Shown: piece by piece, positions 37,270 through 49,412 of the stretch
How positions within the stretch are numbered: position 1 is the stretch's first letter
How the letters are laid out: each line of letters opens with the position of its first letter
Notes under the pieces: generated by a model
What the model was told of the DNA's origin: nothing
The model's input: the letters and a program-made list of their open reading frames with translations, nothing else
The model's database searches: none
Translations under genes and position numbers: made by a program
DNA from: an uncultured Chloroflexia bacterium
GTDB taxonomy: Bacteria > Chloroflexota > Limnocylindria > Limnocylindrales > CSP1-4
Reading direction: 5' to 3'
Assembly: GCA_963707215.1 (NCBI GenBank)
Contig: CAVPPB010000003.1
Location: 160,001 to 224,000, forward strand
Length of the DNA: 64,000 bases

Positions 37270-39183
37270 CTACGACCGGGGCTCCCGCTGACGGTCGAGC
37301 TCGCGGCTCCGCTCGCGCTCGCGCTCATGCTTCGGAAGGAGGCGCTTGCGAAGGCGGATCGAGTCCGGGGTCACCTCGACGAGCTCGTCGCCGCCGATGA
37401 ACTCGATGGCCGATTCGAGGGTCAGCGGGCGGGGCGGGGTCAGCCGCAGGGCCTCGTCATGGGCGTGGGTCCGGATGTTGGTGAGCTTCTTCTCCTTGGT
37501 CGGGTTGACGTCCATGTCACCGGGCCGGCTGTTCTCCCCGACGACCATCCCCTCGTAGACCTCGACCCCGGCCCCCACGAACAGCTCGGCCCGCTCCTGG
37601 AGGTTGAAGAGGGCGTAGGCGTTCGACGTCCCCGACCGGTCGGCGACGAGCACGCCGCTGGTCCGGTGGGTGACCTCGCCGGCCCACGGGCCGTAGCCCT
37701 CGCCGATCTGGTGGAGCAGGGCCGTCCCGCGCGTCTCGGTGAGGAGCTGGCCGCGATAGCCGATGAGCCCCCGGACCGGCAGGACGTACTCCAGCCGGAC
37801 CCGGCCGTCGGTGTCGGTCGACATCTGCTCCAGGCGGCCACGGCGCGCCGCGATCGACCCCTGGACCTCGCCGATGTAGTCGGGCGGGATGTCGACCGTG
37901 ATCCGCTCGTACGGCTCCTGGGTCTCGCCGCCGACGACGTGCAGGATGACCTCGGGGCGACTGACCTGGAGCTCGAAGCCCTCGCGACGGAGCTGCTCGA
38001 TGAGGACGGCCAGCTGGAGCTCGCCGCGGCCGCGGACCTCGTAGGCGTCGCCGCTCTCGGTCGGATGGATCTCGATGCTGACGTTGCCCAGCGCCTCTCG
38101 CCGGAGCCGGTCGCCGAGCTGGCGCCCGGTGACGTAGCGGCCCTCGCGGCCCGACAGGGGCGACGTGTTCGCGGCGAACGACATCCGCAGGGTCGGCTCG
38201 TCCACGTCGAGGCGCGGAAGGGGCCGGGGATCGGCCGGATCGGTCAGGGTGTCCCCGATGGTGACCTCGGGCAGGCCGGCCACCGAGACGATGTCGCCCG
38301 GACCGGCCTCGTCGATGTCGACCCGCTCGATGCCGTGGGCCGTCTGGAGGCTGGTGACGGTCCCGCCCAGGGTCACGATCCGGCCCGGCTCGACGCGCCC
38401 CTCGGTGTCGTCGGCCTCCTCGCGGAGGACCGCGATGCGCTGGCCGAGCCGGATGGTCCCGTTCCGCACCCGGCCGACCGCCATCCGGCCGACGTAGTCG
38501 TTGGCCATCAGGTTGGTGACCAGCAGCTGGAGCGGATGGCCCGGCTCGTAGCGCGGGGGCGGGGTCACCTCGACGAGCAGGTCGAGGAGGGGTCGGAGGT
38601 CGGTCCCGGCGACCGCCGGGTCGCGGGTCGCGGTGCCGGCCCGGGCGTTCGTGTAGACGACCGGGAAGTCGATCTGGCGCTCGTCCGCCCCGAGGTCGAA
38701 GAAGAGCTCGTAGATCTCGTCGAGGACCTCGCTTGGCCGGGCGTCCGAGCGGTCGATCTTGTTCACCGCCACGACGACCGGCAGGCGGTGGTCGAGCGCC
38801 TTGCGGAGGACGTAGCGCGTCTGGGGCAGCGGGCCCTCGGCCGCGTCGACGAGGAGCAGGATCGAGTCGACCAGGAGGAGCGAGCGTTCGACCTCGCCAC
38901 CGAAGTCGGCGTGGCCCGGCGTGTCGACGATGTTCAGGCGGACGTCGCCGTGCTCGACGGTCGTCTGCTTGGCCAGGATCGTGATGCCCTTCTCGCGCTC
39001 CAGGTCCATCGAGTCGAGGACCCGTTCGGCGACGGCCTGGTTGGCCCGGAACGTGCCTGTCTGGTGGAGCATGGCATCGACCAGCGTCGTCTTGCCGTGG
39101 TCGACGTGAGCGACGATGGCGATGTCGCGCAGGTCGTGACGGACCGCGGGAGGGGCGGCGGGGGTCGAGGTCGATGTGGACAC
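37270..39183 (-). CDS. typA: Translational GTPase TypA/BipA
   Basis: [41 protein letters not shown]. Confidence 0.97.
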   Translation of the reverse strand: MSTSTSTPAAPPAVRHDLRDIAIVAHVDHGKTTLVDAMLHQTGTFRANQAVAERVLDSMDLEREKGITILAKQTTVEHGDVRLNIVDTPGHADFGGEVERSLLLVDSILLLVDAAEGPLPQTRYVLRKALDHRLPVVVAVNKIDRSDARPSEVLDEIYELFFDLGADERQIDFPVVYTNARAGTATRDPAVAGTDLRPLLDLLVEVTPPPRYEPGHPLQLLVTNLMANDYVGRMAVGRVRNGTIRLGQRIAVLREEADDTEGRVEPGRIVTLGGTVTSLQTAHGIERVDIDEAGPGDIVSVAGLPEVTIGDTLTDPADPRPLPRLDVDEPTLRMSFAANTSPLSGREGRYVTGRQLGDRLRREALGNVSIEIHPTESGDAYEVRGRGELQLAVLIEQLRREGFELQVSRPEVILHVVGGETQEPYERITVDIPPDYIGEVQGSIAARRGRLEQMSTDTDGRVRLEYVLPVRGLIGYRGQLLTETRGTALLHQIGEGYGPWAGEVTHRTSGVLVADRSGTSNAYALFNLQERAELFVGAGVEVYEGMVVGENSRPGDMDVNPTKEKKLTNIRTHAHDEALRLTPPRPLTLESAIEFIGGDELVEVTPDSIRLRKRLLPKHERERERSRELDRQREPRS

Positions 39184-39275
39184 GGCGCGGCATTGTCCCA
39201 CGGATGGGTGACGTCGGCCCACGCTCGGCCCGCCGCCGTCCGCCGGGCGGCGCTGTGCCTGCTAGCATCCCTCGC

Positions 39276-39974
39276 GTGACCGTCGCTGCCGTCATCGTGG
39301 CCGCCACACCGGCCTCCGCCCTTGCCGATGCCGACGGCATGGCCAGGGTCCGTCGCGAGGCGGATGCCGCCTGGTCCGGCGGCGCCACCCCGGTCGTCGT
39401 CGTCGCAGCCGATCCCGACGGTGCCGTGGCGACCGCCCTTGCAGGTGCCCCGGTGACCCTCGCCGAACCGGCTCCGGCCGATGCGGGACCGGTGGGCCAG
39501 ATCATCCGCGGCATCGAGCTGGCGCGTGACCTGGTCAGCGAGACGAGCGCTGCGCTGATCTGGCCGGCCCGGATGGCCTGGGTCGGCCCGGAGACCGTGA
39601 CCTCGCTTCTGGAGGCCCACGGTGGCCGCCGGGACCGCGTCGTTCGGCCGGCATTCCGTGGCGAGCCCGGCTGGCCGGTCGTCATGCCGCTGGCCGCGGC
39701 CGGGTCGCTCGCCGCCCTGGGACCGGACCGGATGCCCGACGAGCTGCTCGTCGAACTCGAGGCGACGGGAGCGACGATCGAGATCATCGAGCTCGGGGAC
39801 CCCGGGGTCGTCATCGACGGGGAGACGCCGAGCAGTGAGCTCCCGCCGTACGACGGGCCGCCCGAGCCGGCCAGCGACCACGCCCACGAGTGGGGCGCGG
39901 CCATCGCCGACGAGCCCGATGGGCCACCGCCGTCGCCGCCCGTCGTCCCCTACCCGGCCGACCCCGTCGAGTGA
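39276..39974 (+). CDS. Divergent MobA/MocA-like NTP-transferase-domain protein
   Basis: VAAVIVA start, ALIWPARMAWV, PAFRGEPGWPV, DGET; canonical LAAG..SR is degenerate. Confidence 0.55.
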   Translation: MTVAAVIVAATPASALADADGMARVRREADAAWSGGATPVVVVAADPDGAVATALAGAPVTLAEPAPADAGPVGQIIRGIELARDLVSETSAALIWPARMAWVGPETVTSLLEAHGGRRDRVVRPAFRGEPGWPVVMPLAAAGSLAALGPDRMPDELLVELEATGATIEIIELGDPGVVIDGETPSSELPPYDGPPEPASDHAHEWGAAIADEPDGPPPSPPVVPYPADPVE

Positions 39975-40738
39975 CCGAGGCTCCGCGCCGCCGCCGCCGC
40001 CTCTTCGTCGGCCTCGGGGTGATCGCTGCCGTCGTCGCGGTGATCCTGATCGGGGCCGGAGCCTGGCTCATCTGGCCGCAACAGAACCTGCCCGAGGCGG
40101 AGGCCGCCCTCGCGTCGACGCCCGTGGTGGCCTTCGAGGACGCCGGGGACTGGCTCGCCTACGAGCCGACCGGGGCCGACGCGGCCGTCGGCATCGTCCT
40201 CTACCCCGGGGCCAAGGTGACGGCCGAGGCCTACGCGCCGACGGCCCAGGCCATCGCCGCCCAGGGCTACGCCGCCTACGTCGTCCGCCTGCCCCTCAAC
40301 CTCGCCTTCCTGGCGCCGGACGCCGCCGAGGCCGTCCGCGACGCCGAGCCGGGCATCCGGACCTGGGCCCTCTGGGGGCACTCGCTGGGTGGCGCGATGG
40401 CCGGCCAGCATGCGGCCGAGCAGCCTGGGACCTACGCTGGCATCGCCTTCTGCGGCTCGTACCCCAATGGGGACCTGTCCGAGCAGGCCATGGCCGCCAC
40501 CTCGATCTACGGGACCCTGGACGGCGGCCTCGAGCGGATCACGTCCGACGAGACCCGGGCGCTCCTGCCCGCCGACACGACGTTCGTGCCGATCACGGGA
40601 GGCAACCACGAGGGCTGCGGCTGGTACACCGGCCAGCTCGGCGATCCGCCCGCCGAGATCGACCGGATCGAGCAGCAGCGCCAGATCGTCGAGGCCACCC
40701 TGGCCATGCTCGGTCGCCTCGGGGGCGGGACCCGCTAG
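39971..40738 (+). CDS. Alpha/beta hydrolase with N-terminal TM
   Basis: YPGAKV, GHSLGG, GTLDG, GGNH. Confidence 0.9.
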   Translation: MTEAPRRRRRLFVGLGVIAAVVAVILIGAGAWLIWPQQNLPEAEAALASTPVVAFEDAGDWLAYEPTGADAAVGIVLYPGAKVTAEAYAPTAQAIAAQGYAAYVVRLPLNLAFLAPDAAEAVRDAEPGIRTWALWGHSLGGAMAGQHAAEQPGTYAGIAFCGSYPNGDLSEQAMAATSIYGTLDGGLERITSDETRALLPADTTFVPITGGNHEGCGWYTGQLGDPPAEIDRIEQQRQIVEATLAMLGRLGGGTR

Positions 40739-41652
40739 GAGCCGGCAGCGGCCCGACCCAGCATCCGGCGGGCCCGGCCGAGCGGGATCGTGGCGGCCGC
40801 GATGCCGCCGACGACGAGCACGACGCCCAGGAGCTGCCAGGCCGAGGGCCGCTCGCCGAGCAGGACCATCGAGAGGATCACCGTGGCGACCGGCTGCGAC
40901 AGGAGGATGACCGAGGTCACGATGGCCGGCAGGCGCGGCAGCGACAGGGAGATCAGCAGGTAGCCGGCCGACTGCGAGGTGACCCCGAGCATCGCCAGCC
41001 AGGCCAGGCTCTCAGGGGCGGGGGTGAGGTCGAGATCGCCCATCGCGAGCCCCACGACGGTGGCCACGACGGCCGTCGACGCCGTCGCGATCGCCACCGG
41101 CCCGGCCGGCCGCCGAAGGTCGCTGCCGCCGCGACGGATGACCAGGAGGTAGCCGGAGTAGCAGAGCGCGGTCAGCAGGCCGAGGACGACGCCGAGGGCC
41201 GGGTCCACGCCGTAGGCGCCGGCGCCGATGACCCCCGAGATGAGGACGACTCCGAACAGGATCACCGGCACGGACAGCAGGACGGAACGCGACGGCCGCT
41301 CGCCGAAGAGGGTCCAGGCGACGAAGCCGACGACGAGCACCTGGGTGTTCGCCAGCACCGTCGCCAGGCCCGCCCCCACGGCCTCGATCGCGTGATGCCA
41401 GAAGAGCAGGTCGCCGGCGAAGAAGACGCCGGCGACCACCGCCAGCCCGACCGTCCGCCGTGGCAGGGGCCCGTGCCGCCCGCGCTCCCCGAGCCCGACG
41501 AGGACCAGGATCGGCAGGCCGAACAGGCAGCGGAAGACCGTCGCGGTCGAGGGCGACACGTCGGCCGCGACGTAGAAGATGCCCGAGAAGGCGATGCACA
41601 TCGCCCCCAGGAGGGCCGCCAGGCGAGGACGCGCGGTCAGGGCGCCGAGCAC
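40735..41652 (-). CDS. DMT/EamA family transporter
   Basis: About 10 TM, two EamA halves, QPVA...GERP. Confidence 0.88.
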   Translation of the reverse strand: MLGALTARPRLAALLGAMCIAFSGIFYVAADVSPSTATVFRCLFGLPILVLVGLGERGRHGPLPRRTVGLAVVAGVFFAGDLLFWHHAIEAVGAGLATVLANTQVLVVGFVAWTLFGERPSRSVLLSVPVILFGVVLISGVIGAGAYGVDPALGVVLGLLTALCYSGYLLVIRRGGSDLRRPAGPVAIATASTAVVATVVGLAMGDLDLTPAPESLAWLAMLGVTSQSAGYLLISLSLPRLPAIVTSVILLSQPVATVILSMVLLGERPSAWQLLGVVLVVGGIAAATIPLGRARRMLGRAAAGS

Positions 41653-41699
41653 GGCCGCTCAGCGCCGTGGGTCTGGCCGGGTGCCGGCGACCAGCTCGC

Positions 41700-43584
41700 T
41701 CAGCCCCGCTCGGGCTTCTGGATGCCCACGTACCGCAACCCGAGCTCGGCGTACTGGGCCGGGTCTGGCTCGGACGGGGCCTCGAGCATCAGGTCGCTCC
41801 CCGACTGGGTCTTGGGGAAGGCCATGACCTCCCGGATGTTCGTCTGGTAGCCGAAGAGGGCGGCCCAGCGGTCGACCCCCAGGGCGATCCCGCCGTGCGG
41901 CGGCGGGCCGTACTCGAAGGCGTCAAGGAGCGCCCCGAACTTGCCGCGCATCCCCTCGATGGAGTGGCCCTGCAGGGCGAAGCTCCGCTCGAGCAGGTCG
42001 CGGCGCCAGATCCGGACGGAGCCGCCGCCCAGCTCCCAGCCGTTGAGGACCAGGTCGTACTGCATGGCCCGGGCGCGTCCTGCCGGGTCGTCCGGCGACG
42101 GTCGGGCCGGGTCGCCGGAGGCGGTCACGAGGAGCGCTTCGTCCTCGGGGACCACCCCGCTGAACGGGTTGTGGGTGGCGTCCCAGCGACCGAGCTCCCC
42201 GTCCCACTGGTACATCGGGAAGCGGTGGACCCAGCAGTAGGCCAGGACGTCGGGGTCGGCCAGGCCCAGACGCTCGCCGAGCTCGGCCCGGAGGCGGCCC
42301 AGCACGTCGGCGACGACCTCCGCACGGTCGGCCACGATGAGCACCAGATCGCCCGGCCTCGCCCCGGCCAGGGCGGCCATCCTCCCCAGTCGATCGTCCC
42401 CCACGAACTTGCCGATCGGGGAGCGGACACTGCCGTCCTCGACGGCCAGGTGGACGAGACCCTTCGCCCCGAACCGCTTCGCGGTCTCGACCAGCTCGTC
42501 GATCTCCCGGCGGGTCGCCCCGGCCATGCCGGGCGCCACGATGGCCTTGACCCGGCCGCCGCTCTCCAGGGCTCCGTCGAACACGCCGAACCCGCTGTCG
42601 GGTCCGCCCTCCGCGTCGGTCAGCTCGGGAGCGAGGTCCACGAGCTCCATGGCGAAGCGCAGGTCCGGCTTGTCCGAGCCGAACCGCTCCATGACCTCGT
42701 CGAAGGTGAACCGCGGGAAGGGCACCTCCTGGATCGGGCGCTCCGGGACGACCATCCGGCTGACCTCGATGGCCATCGTCTCGACGAAGCCCATGACCGC
42801 AGCCTCGTCGCACGAAGCTCATCTCGAGGTCGAGCTGGGTGAACTCGGGCTGGCGGTCGCCCCGCAGATCCTCGTCGCGGAAGCAGCGGGCGATCTGGAA
42901 GTAGCGGTCGATGCCGGCGACCATGAGGAGCTGCTTGAGCTGCTGGGGGCTCTGGGGCAGCGCGTAGACCCCGCCCGGCTGGAGGCGCGATGGGACGATG
43001 AAGTCGCGGGCCCCTTCCGGTGTGCTCTTGATGAGCATCGGCGTCTCGATCTCGACGAAGCCATGATCGTGGTGGACCCGGCGGATCGCGTCGACCAGCC
43101 TCGACCGGAGGAGGAGCCGCTGGAGCATCGGCTCGCGACGGATGTCGAGATAGCGGTACTTGAGGCGCAGCGCCTCGTCGACCGGAGCGTCGGGCTCGTT
43201 GATGTAGAACGGCGGCGTCCCGGACTCGGAGAGGATCGTCACCGCGTCGGCCCGGAGCTCGATCTCACCGGTCGCCAGCTTCGGATTGACCGTCCCCTCG
43301 AGTCGCTCGGCGACGACCCCATCGACCATCACGACGAACTCGTTGCGAGCCCGGCTGGCGGTCTCGTGGGCTTCGGGCGCGTCCGTCGCGTCGACGACGA
43401 CCTGGGTGAGGCCATGGCGGTCGCGGAGGTCGAGGAAGACGAGCTGGCCGTGGTCGCGCCGGCGATGGACCCAACCAGCGAGGCGAGCCCGGGAGCCCGC
43501 GTCGGTCCGGCGGAGCTGGCCGCAGGTGTGGGTGCGGAAGGCGGTGGCGAGGGACGGACCCTCGGGTGGTCGAGTCTCTGACAT
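41700..43584 (-). CDS. aspS: Aspartate--tRNA ligase (one-base frameshift near 42811)
   Basis: [63 protein letters not shown]. Confidence 0.96.
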
Positions 43585-43627
43585 GGTGCCGCTATCGTAG
43601 GGCACCGTCCGTCCGGGTTGCGGCCGG

Positions 43628-44905
43628 TCAGCCGCCGCGGGCCTTGCGCCGCAGGATCGAGACGACGTCGCTGACCTCGACCGGCTTCTGGCTGGCGCCG
43701 TCCAGGTCGCGCAGGACGACCCGTCCGTCCGCCAGCTCGTCGCCGACGATGATCGCGAACCGGGAGCCCTCCTTGACCGCGGCCTCGAGCTGCCGACCGA
43801 GCTTCCGGTGCGCAAGGTCGGCCCGGACGGCCAGCCCCGCCGCCCGGAGGCCTGTGGCGATCCGGAGCCGCTCCGTCGTGGCCCCAGGGTCCGCCCCGAC
43901 CACGACGGCCAGCGGTGGCGCCGTCGGGACCTCGGCCACGCCGGCATCGGCCCGGGCAAGGACCACCCGGTCGATACCGATGGCGAAGCCGATCCCGGGT
44001 GTCGGTCGGCCGCCGAGCAGCTCGACCAGGCCGTCGTAGCGACCGCCCCCGCCCAGGGCCTGCTGCTGACCCTCGGCGCCGCGCCGGTAGTACTCGAAGG
44101 CGGTCCGTGTGTAGTAGTCCAGTCCACGGACCAACCCGGGCTCGATCCGGTACGGCACGTCGATGGCATCGAGATGAGCCCGCACGGCCGCGAAGTGCTC
44201 GGCGCAGGCGTCGCAGAGGGCGTCGACCATTCGCGGAGCCGTCGCGTTGATGGCGGCCATCGCCGGGTCCTTGCTGTCGAGGAGCCGCAGCGGGTTGGTG
44301 CCCAGGCGTCGGCGCTCGGTCTCCGGCAGGCGACCCTCGCTCCCCCGGTAGTGGGCCACGAGTCCATCGAGGTACGCGGGTCGGCAGGCCGGGTCGCCGA
44401 TGCTGTTGAGGAGGACCTGGACGTCCTCGAGGCCGACCTCGCGGTAGAAGCGGTACCCGAGCTCGATGATCTCCGCGTCGACGGCCGGACCCGGATCGCC
44501 GATCGCCTCGATGTTCCACTGGCGGAACTGGCGGTAGCGGCCGGCCTGCGGGCGGTCGTAGCGGAACATCGGCCCGACCATGGACACCCGCACCGGCTGG
44601 GGCCAGGTCTGCATCCCGTGCTGGATGTAGGCCCGCACGACACCCGCCGTCGCCTCAGGCCGGAGGGCCCAGACCTCCGCCTCGTCGGTCCGGGGAGCAA
44701 GCCGGAACAGCTCCTTCTCGACGACGTCGGTCCCCTCCCCGACCCCCCGCTCGAAGACCTCCGAGCGCTCGAAGAGCGGGATCTCCATCTCCCGGTAGCC
44801 GTAGCGGGTCGCCAGGTTCGCGGCGGCGCGCTCCACCTCGGTCCAGGTGGCCCGCTCATCGGGCAGCAGGTCGCGGGTTCCCCGTGGGCTTCGGTAGTCC
44901 GGCAT
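43628..44905 (-). CDS. hisS: Histidine--tRNA ligase
   Basis: [39 protein letters not shown]. Confidence 0.97.
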   Translation of the reverse strand: MPDYRSPRGTRDLLPDERATWTEVERAAANLATRYGYREMEIPLFERSEVFERGVGEGTDVVEKELFRLAPRTDEAEVWALRPEATAGVVRAYIQHGMQTWPQPVRVSMVGPMFRYDRPQAGRYRQFRQWNIEAIGDPGPAVDAEIIELGYRFYREVGLEDVQVLLNSIGDPACRPAYLDGLVAHYRGSEGRLPETERRRLGTNPLRLLDSKDPAMAAINATAPRMVDALCDACAEHFAAVRAHLDAIDVPYRIEPGLVRGLDYYTRTAFEYYRRGAEGQQQALGGGGRYDGLVELLGGRPTPGIGFAIGIDRVVLARADAGVAEVPTAPPLAVVVGADPGATTERLRIATGLRAAGLAVRADLAHRKLGRQLEAAVKEGSRFAIIVGDELADGRVVLRDLDGASQKPVEVSDVVSILRRKARGG

Positions 44906-45116
44906 CTCTCGGAGTCTAGCGAGGCCTCGGGGCCGGCGCCCGGAGCGACCGGATGCGGCCGACCGTGGACGACGGCAACCGACGGCCCCTCGCGGCGAAG
45001 GGCCGCGACCGGGCCGCTCGGCCCGCTCGGCCCGCGACACTCGGCCTTGTCGGCGCGCTCGTGGCCCCCTACGGTCGGCTTGAGGCCGGGCGGACCGGCC
45101 GGTTCCGAGGAGGGCC

Positions 45117-46769
45117 GTGGGCGAGCTCCGACACGCCGGGCGCCGGCGGCCGCTCATCCCGGGTTCATCGCTCTTCGATCATGCCGACGAGCTCGACCTT
45201 GTCGTTCCCCAGACGTGTCGGCGGACCGGCCGCTGTCGCGAGTGCGTCGTCGAGGTTCGGGCGGGCGAGGCGGCCCTCTCGGCGCCGACGGAGGCGGAAC
45301 GCTACCTGCGACCGCCGTACCGCCTGGCGTGCCAGGCGGTCGTCGAGCACGACGACGTCGATATCGAGGTCGACGTCCTCCGGCGCCGGCTCCAGATCCA
45401 GGCCGGCGCTACCGCGGGGCTCGACGTCGGCGCCGATCCGCTCGAGCCGGCGGCCCGCCGTCGCGGCGACCGGGTCGAGACGCTGGACGGCGACGACCTC
45501 GGGCCGTGGGCAGGGGCACTGCTCGGGCTCGCCGTGGACGTCGGCACGACGACCGTCGTCGCGGACCTCGTCGACCTCCAGACAGGCGAGCTCGTCCGGC
45601 GGACCGCGATCGAGAACCCGCAGCGCTTCGCCGGCAGCGACGTGGTCGCCCGGATCGCCTACGACGCCGGCCCGGAGCGAGGGGAGCTGCGACGGGCGCT
45701 TCGGCGGGCCCTCGACCACGAGCTGCGGACGGCCCTGGCCGATCTCGGGCTCGACCGCGGGGCCCTCGTGGATGCGGTGCTCGTCGGCAATCCGACGATG
45801 CGCGACCTCGTCTTCGGCCTGGACGTCGGGATGCTGGGCCGTCGGCCCTTCCGGTCCACCACCGAGGCGTCCTGGCAGGCAGGGCTGCGCCGCACGACCG
45901 CCATCGTCCGCCGGGCCCACGAGGTCGGCCTGTGGATGAACCCCCGGGCCCGGGTCTACGGAGCGCCCGTGCTCGGATCGCACGTCGGCGCCGACATCGC
46001 CGCCGACCTCGTGGCCATCGACATGGCAGCCGGCCCGACCGTGTCGATGCTCGTCGACATCGGGACCAACAGCGAGGTCGTCGTCCGGGCCGGGGACCGC
46101 TGGCTGGCGGCCTCCTGCCCGGCCGGCCCGGCCTTCGAGGGCGGAGGCGTGGGCCAGGGCATGCCCGCCGTGGAAGGCGCGATCCAGGCCGTCCGGCTCG
46201 TGCAGGGCTCTCTGCACTGCGACACGATCGGCGGCGTGGCGCCCGACGGGATCTGTGGCTCCGGCCTCATCGACCTGTTGGCCGTCCTTCGCCAGGACGG
46301 TCGGATGCGTGTCGACGGCCGGTTCGACGACGGCTCGACGACTGCGGTGGTCGAGTCGGACCGGGGCATCGAGCTGACGCGGGCCGACGTCAGCCACCTG
46401 TCCCAGGCGAAGGCCGCCAACGCCTGCGGTCAGGCCATGCTGCTCGAGGCGGTCGGGGTCGCTCCCGACCAGGTCGAGCGACTCTGGCTGGCCGGCGGCT
46501 TCGCCACGTACGTGGACGTCCCCAACGCGATGGCGATCGGGCTCCTGCCGCCGATCCCACGCGATCGTGTCGTCAAGGTCGGCAACGGCGCCATCCTGGG
46601 AGCCGGTCGGCTCCTCCGATCGGTCCGTCGTCGACGAGAACTGGAGGACCTGGTGACTCGGATCGACCACCTCGAGCTGGAGCTCGACCCCCGCTTCTTC
46701 GACCGCTTCGTCGACGGCCTGCGGTTCGAGCCGCAGGGCGCCGCTCCGGCGACGGGGGCCTCGGCATGA
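45117..46769 (+). CDS. ASKHA-domain reductive activator of corrinoid proteins (RACo) with N-terminal 2Fe-2S domain
   Basis: CX5CX2C...[47 protein letters not shown]. Confidence 0.9.
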   Translation: MGELRHAGRRRPLIPGSSLFDHADELDLVVPQTCRRTGRCRECVVEVRAGEAALSAPTEAERYLRPPYRLACQAVVEHDDVDIEVDVLRRRLQIQAGATAGLDVGADPLEPAARRRGDRVETLDGDDLGPWAGALLGLAVDVGTTTVVADLVDLQTGELVRRTAIENPQRFAGSDVVARIAYDAGPERGELRRALRRALDHELRTALADLGLDRGALVDAVLVGNPTMRDLVFGLDVGMLGRRPFRSTTEASWQAGLRRTTAIVRRAHEVGLWMNPRARVYGAPVLGSHVGADIAADLVAIDMAAGPTVSMLVDIGTNSEVVVRAGDRWLAASCPAGPAFEGGGVGQGMPAVEGAIQAVRLVQGSLHCDTIGGVAPDGICGSGLIDLLAVLRQDGRMRVDGRFDDGSTTAVVESDRGIELTRADVSHLSQAKAANACGQAMLLEAVGVAPDQVERLWLAGGFATYVDVPNAMAIGLLPPIPRDRVVKVGNGAILGAGRLLRSVRRRRELEDLVTRIDHLELELDPRFFDRFVDGLRFEPQGAAPATGASA

Positions 46770-48325
46770 GCGGCCCCAGGTTCCGGGACCGCATCCTCGC
46801 CCCCGACGCCGACATCACCGTCGTCGAGCTGGTGCCGTGGCACGGCAGCGCGCTCGAGGCCGACGGGCGGGCCGCGCTCCAGCTGGCGGCTGCCATGGCT
46901 GCCCACCCGGCGGTGGACGCGGTCAGCGTCACCGACAACGCCGGCGGCCACGCGATGGCCGGCCCCGAGATCCTGGCTCGCGAGGCCGCTGCGAACGGCG
47001 CCGAGGCGATCGTCCACGTCGCCTGTCGCGATCGCAACCGCAACGACCTGCTCAGCCTGGGCTGGCGGCTCCAGAGCGAGGACATCGACACGATCCTCTG
47101 CCTGTCCGGAGACTATCCCGTCGAGGACGTAGCAGGAGTCGCCCGCCCGGTCTTCGACGTGGACTCGGTGGCGCTCCTCGAGCTCTACCGGCGGGCAGGG
47201 CTGCTGCCGGCCGAGGACGGATCCGGCGGGCTCTTCCCGGGCGCCGTGGTCAACAACTACAAGCGCCTCGAGGCGGAGGTCATGCCCCAGCTCTTCAAGC
47301 TGGAGCTCAAGATCCGGACCGGCGCCCGCTACGTCATCGGCCAGGTCGGCTGGGACGCCCGGAAGCAGGACGAGCTCCTCCGCTACCTGCGCCTGCGGGC
47401 CCTCGATGTGCCCGTGCTCTGCAACGTCTTCCTTCTCACCCGGGGGATCGCCCGGGCCTTCCATGCCGGCAAGATCCCGGGTGTCACGGTCAGCGATCGC
47501 TTGTTCGAGGAGACCGAGCGGGCCGGCGGCTCGCCCGATCGCGGCAAGGCCTGGTTCCGCGAGCTGGCGGCCCGCCAGGTCGCGATCGGGCGCGGCCTGG
47601 GCCATGCCGGGACGTACCTCGGCGGGGTCCACAAGGTCGAGGACGTCGAGACGATCCTGGACCTCGCCGCGAGCTACGGCGCGGACGACTGGAAGGAGTT
47701 CGCCCGCGAGCTCCAGTACCCGCTGCCGGGCACCTTCCACTACTTCGAGCAGGATCACGAGAGCCTCCTGAACACCGACGAGGTCGATCGGATCTACCGC
47801 CGTCGCTCGACGGCCGCCGCGCGCCGCTGGGCACGGCGGCGCGTCGACCCGCCCTACCTGGTCAACCGGCTGGTCCACGACGTCGCCTTTGAGCCGGGGA
47901 CCCCGGGGTTCCGCCTGGCGGCGACCCTGTACGGGCGAGCCGAGCAGCTCCGGTTGGAGCGTCCCCTCCACATCGCCGAGCAGGCGATCAAGATCCCCCT
48001 CTTCGACTGCCGCGACTGCGGCGACTGCTCGCTGCCCGAGATCGCCTACCTCTGCCCGGAGTCCCACTGCGCCAAGAACCAGCGCAACGGCCCGTGCGGC
48101 GGGACCCGGGATGGCGAGTGCGAGGTCCCCGGCAGGCGCTGTATCTGGGTCCGCGCCTACGGGCGTCTGAAGCCATTCGGGGAGGAGCGGACGACCCTCG
48201 AGCGCCCTGTCGTCATCACCGACCACGCCCTTCGCCGGACGAGCGCCTGGGCCAACACCTACCTCGGCCGCGACCACGCCGGCCGGGCCGACGACCCGGG
48301 AGGCGACCATGCTCCGAAGCCCTGA
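46766..48325 (+). CDS. metF: Methylenetetrahydrofolate reductase MetF fused to C-terminal MetV-like Cys-rich domain
   Basis: SVTDN, HVACRDRN, LSGDYP, VFDVDSV; C-terminal CRDCGDC...CPESHCAKNQRNGPCGG...CE...CIW. Confidence 0.85.
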   Translation: MSGPRFRDRILAPDADITVVELVPWHGSALEADGRAALQLAAAMAAHPAVDAVSVTDNAGGHAMAGPEILAREAAANGAEAIVHVACRDRNRNDLLSLGWRLQSEDIDTILCLSGDYPVEDVAGVARPVFDVDSVALLELYRRAGLLPAEDGSGGLFPGAVVNNYKRLEAEVMPQLFKLELKIRTGARYVIGQVGWDARKQDELLRYLRLRALDVPVLCNVFLLTRGIARAFHAGKIPGVTVSDRLFEETERAGGSPDRGKAWFRELAARQVAIGRGLGHAGTYLGGVHKVEDVETILDLAASYGADDWKEFARELQYPLPGTFHYFEQDHESLLNTDEVDRIYRRRSTAAARRWARRRVDPPYLVNRLVHDVAFEPGTPGFRLAATLYGRAEQLRLERPLHIAEQAIKIPLFDCRDCGDCSLPEIAYLCPESHCAKNQRNGPCGGTRDGECEVPGRRCIWVRAYGRLKPFGEERTTLERPVVITDHALRRTSAWANTYLGRDHAGRADDPGGDHAPKP

Positions 48326-49356
48326 CGGCCGGCCGTTCACCATCATCGGCGAGAACCTCCACGCGACGCGCATCGTCCGCCGCGACGGACCGCGGGTCGG
48401 TGAGGCCCCCGATGGTCGGACCGCCTTGCGGTACGACGGGCCCGATGGCTCCGAACGCTGGCTCGCCCTGCCGACGGCCATCCTGGAGAGCGGGCCGTAC
48501 GCCGACGGCAAGGTCAAGCACGTGGCCGCCGCGCTGGTCGCCGGGCTGGCCGCCGGGTCCGACGCAGAGGCGGCCGCCGGGTACGTCCGCTGGGCAGCCA
48601 CCCGCCAGCTCGACCGCGGCGCCGACTACCTCGACGTGAACGTCGACGAGATCGGTCAGGATCCCGGCACTCCAGGCCGACGCGATGCGCTGGATCGTCG
48701 GCATCCTGAGCGAGGCATTCGAGGCGCCCCTCTCGCTCGATTCGTCGAGCGCCGCCACCCTCCTCGTCGGGCTCGACGCGCTGCCTGAAGGCGCTCCGAC
48801 GCCGCTGCTGAACTCGGCCTCGGCCGAGCGCCCCGACGTCCTCGACCTGGCCGCCGACCGTGCCACCGCCGTCGTCCTCTCGGCCGCTGGCAAGGGCGCG
48901 CCGCCGGCGACCGCCGCTGCCAAGACCGAGGCAGCGACGGCCATCGCCGAGCGGGCCGGCGCGCTCGGCGTCCCACCGGACCGATGGCACCTCGATCCGC
49001 TCGTGCTGCCGGTCGCGGTCGATCCGGAGTCGGGGCGCGCCTACCTCGACGCGGTCGAAGCGATCCGGGCCGCCCTGGGTGACGAGCCGCACGTCACGGG
49101 TGGCCTATCGAACGTCTCGTTCGGCCTGCCGGTCCGGGCACTGCTCAACCGGGTCTTCATCGACCTGGCCGTCCGCTCGGGCGCCGACAGCGGCATCGTG
49201 GATCCGGTCGGCCTCGACCTCGCCGCCGCCCTGGACCCCGATCGCGATGCGCCGGCCTATCTCCTGGCAGCAGACGCCCTGACCGGCCGGGACGCCTACT
49301 GCATGGCCTACCTCACGGCCTACCGGGCCGGCGAGCTGGCCGACGCCGGCGCCTGA
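48309..49356 (+). CDS. Pterin-binding methyltetrahydrofolate:corrinoid methyltransferase (AcsE/MT2-like; frameshift near 48664)
   Basis: IIGENL, GADYLDVNVD, PLSLDSS, LLNSAS, DPLVLP, GGLSNVSFGLP. Confidence 0.85.
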
Positions 49357-49412
49357 GCGGCCGGCCCGGAGGCGGGCCACCTGCGCCGACCCGGGCGTCC
49401 GGCGCGTGACCG

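Noticed and set aside
42790-42830. Split aspS
   Set aside because: Removing one base restores [13 protein letters not shown]; likely a sequencing error.
44906-45116. Cobalamin or SAM riboswitch before the RACo operon
   Set aside because: GC hairpins are present but I could not find the conserved B12-box or S-box motifs; needs an Rfam scan.
43808-48325. 1505-aa ORF and many other long overlapping ORFs
   Set aside because: GC-rich shadow frames full of R/P/G/A; only 46766-48325 is protein-like.
48650-48700. Split methyltransferase
   Set aside because: An extra C in a homopolymer; removal gives DEIGQDPALQADAMRW.
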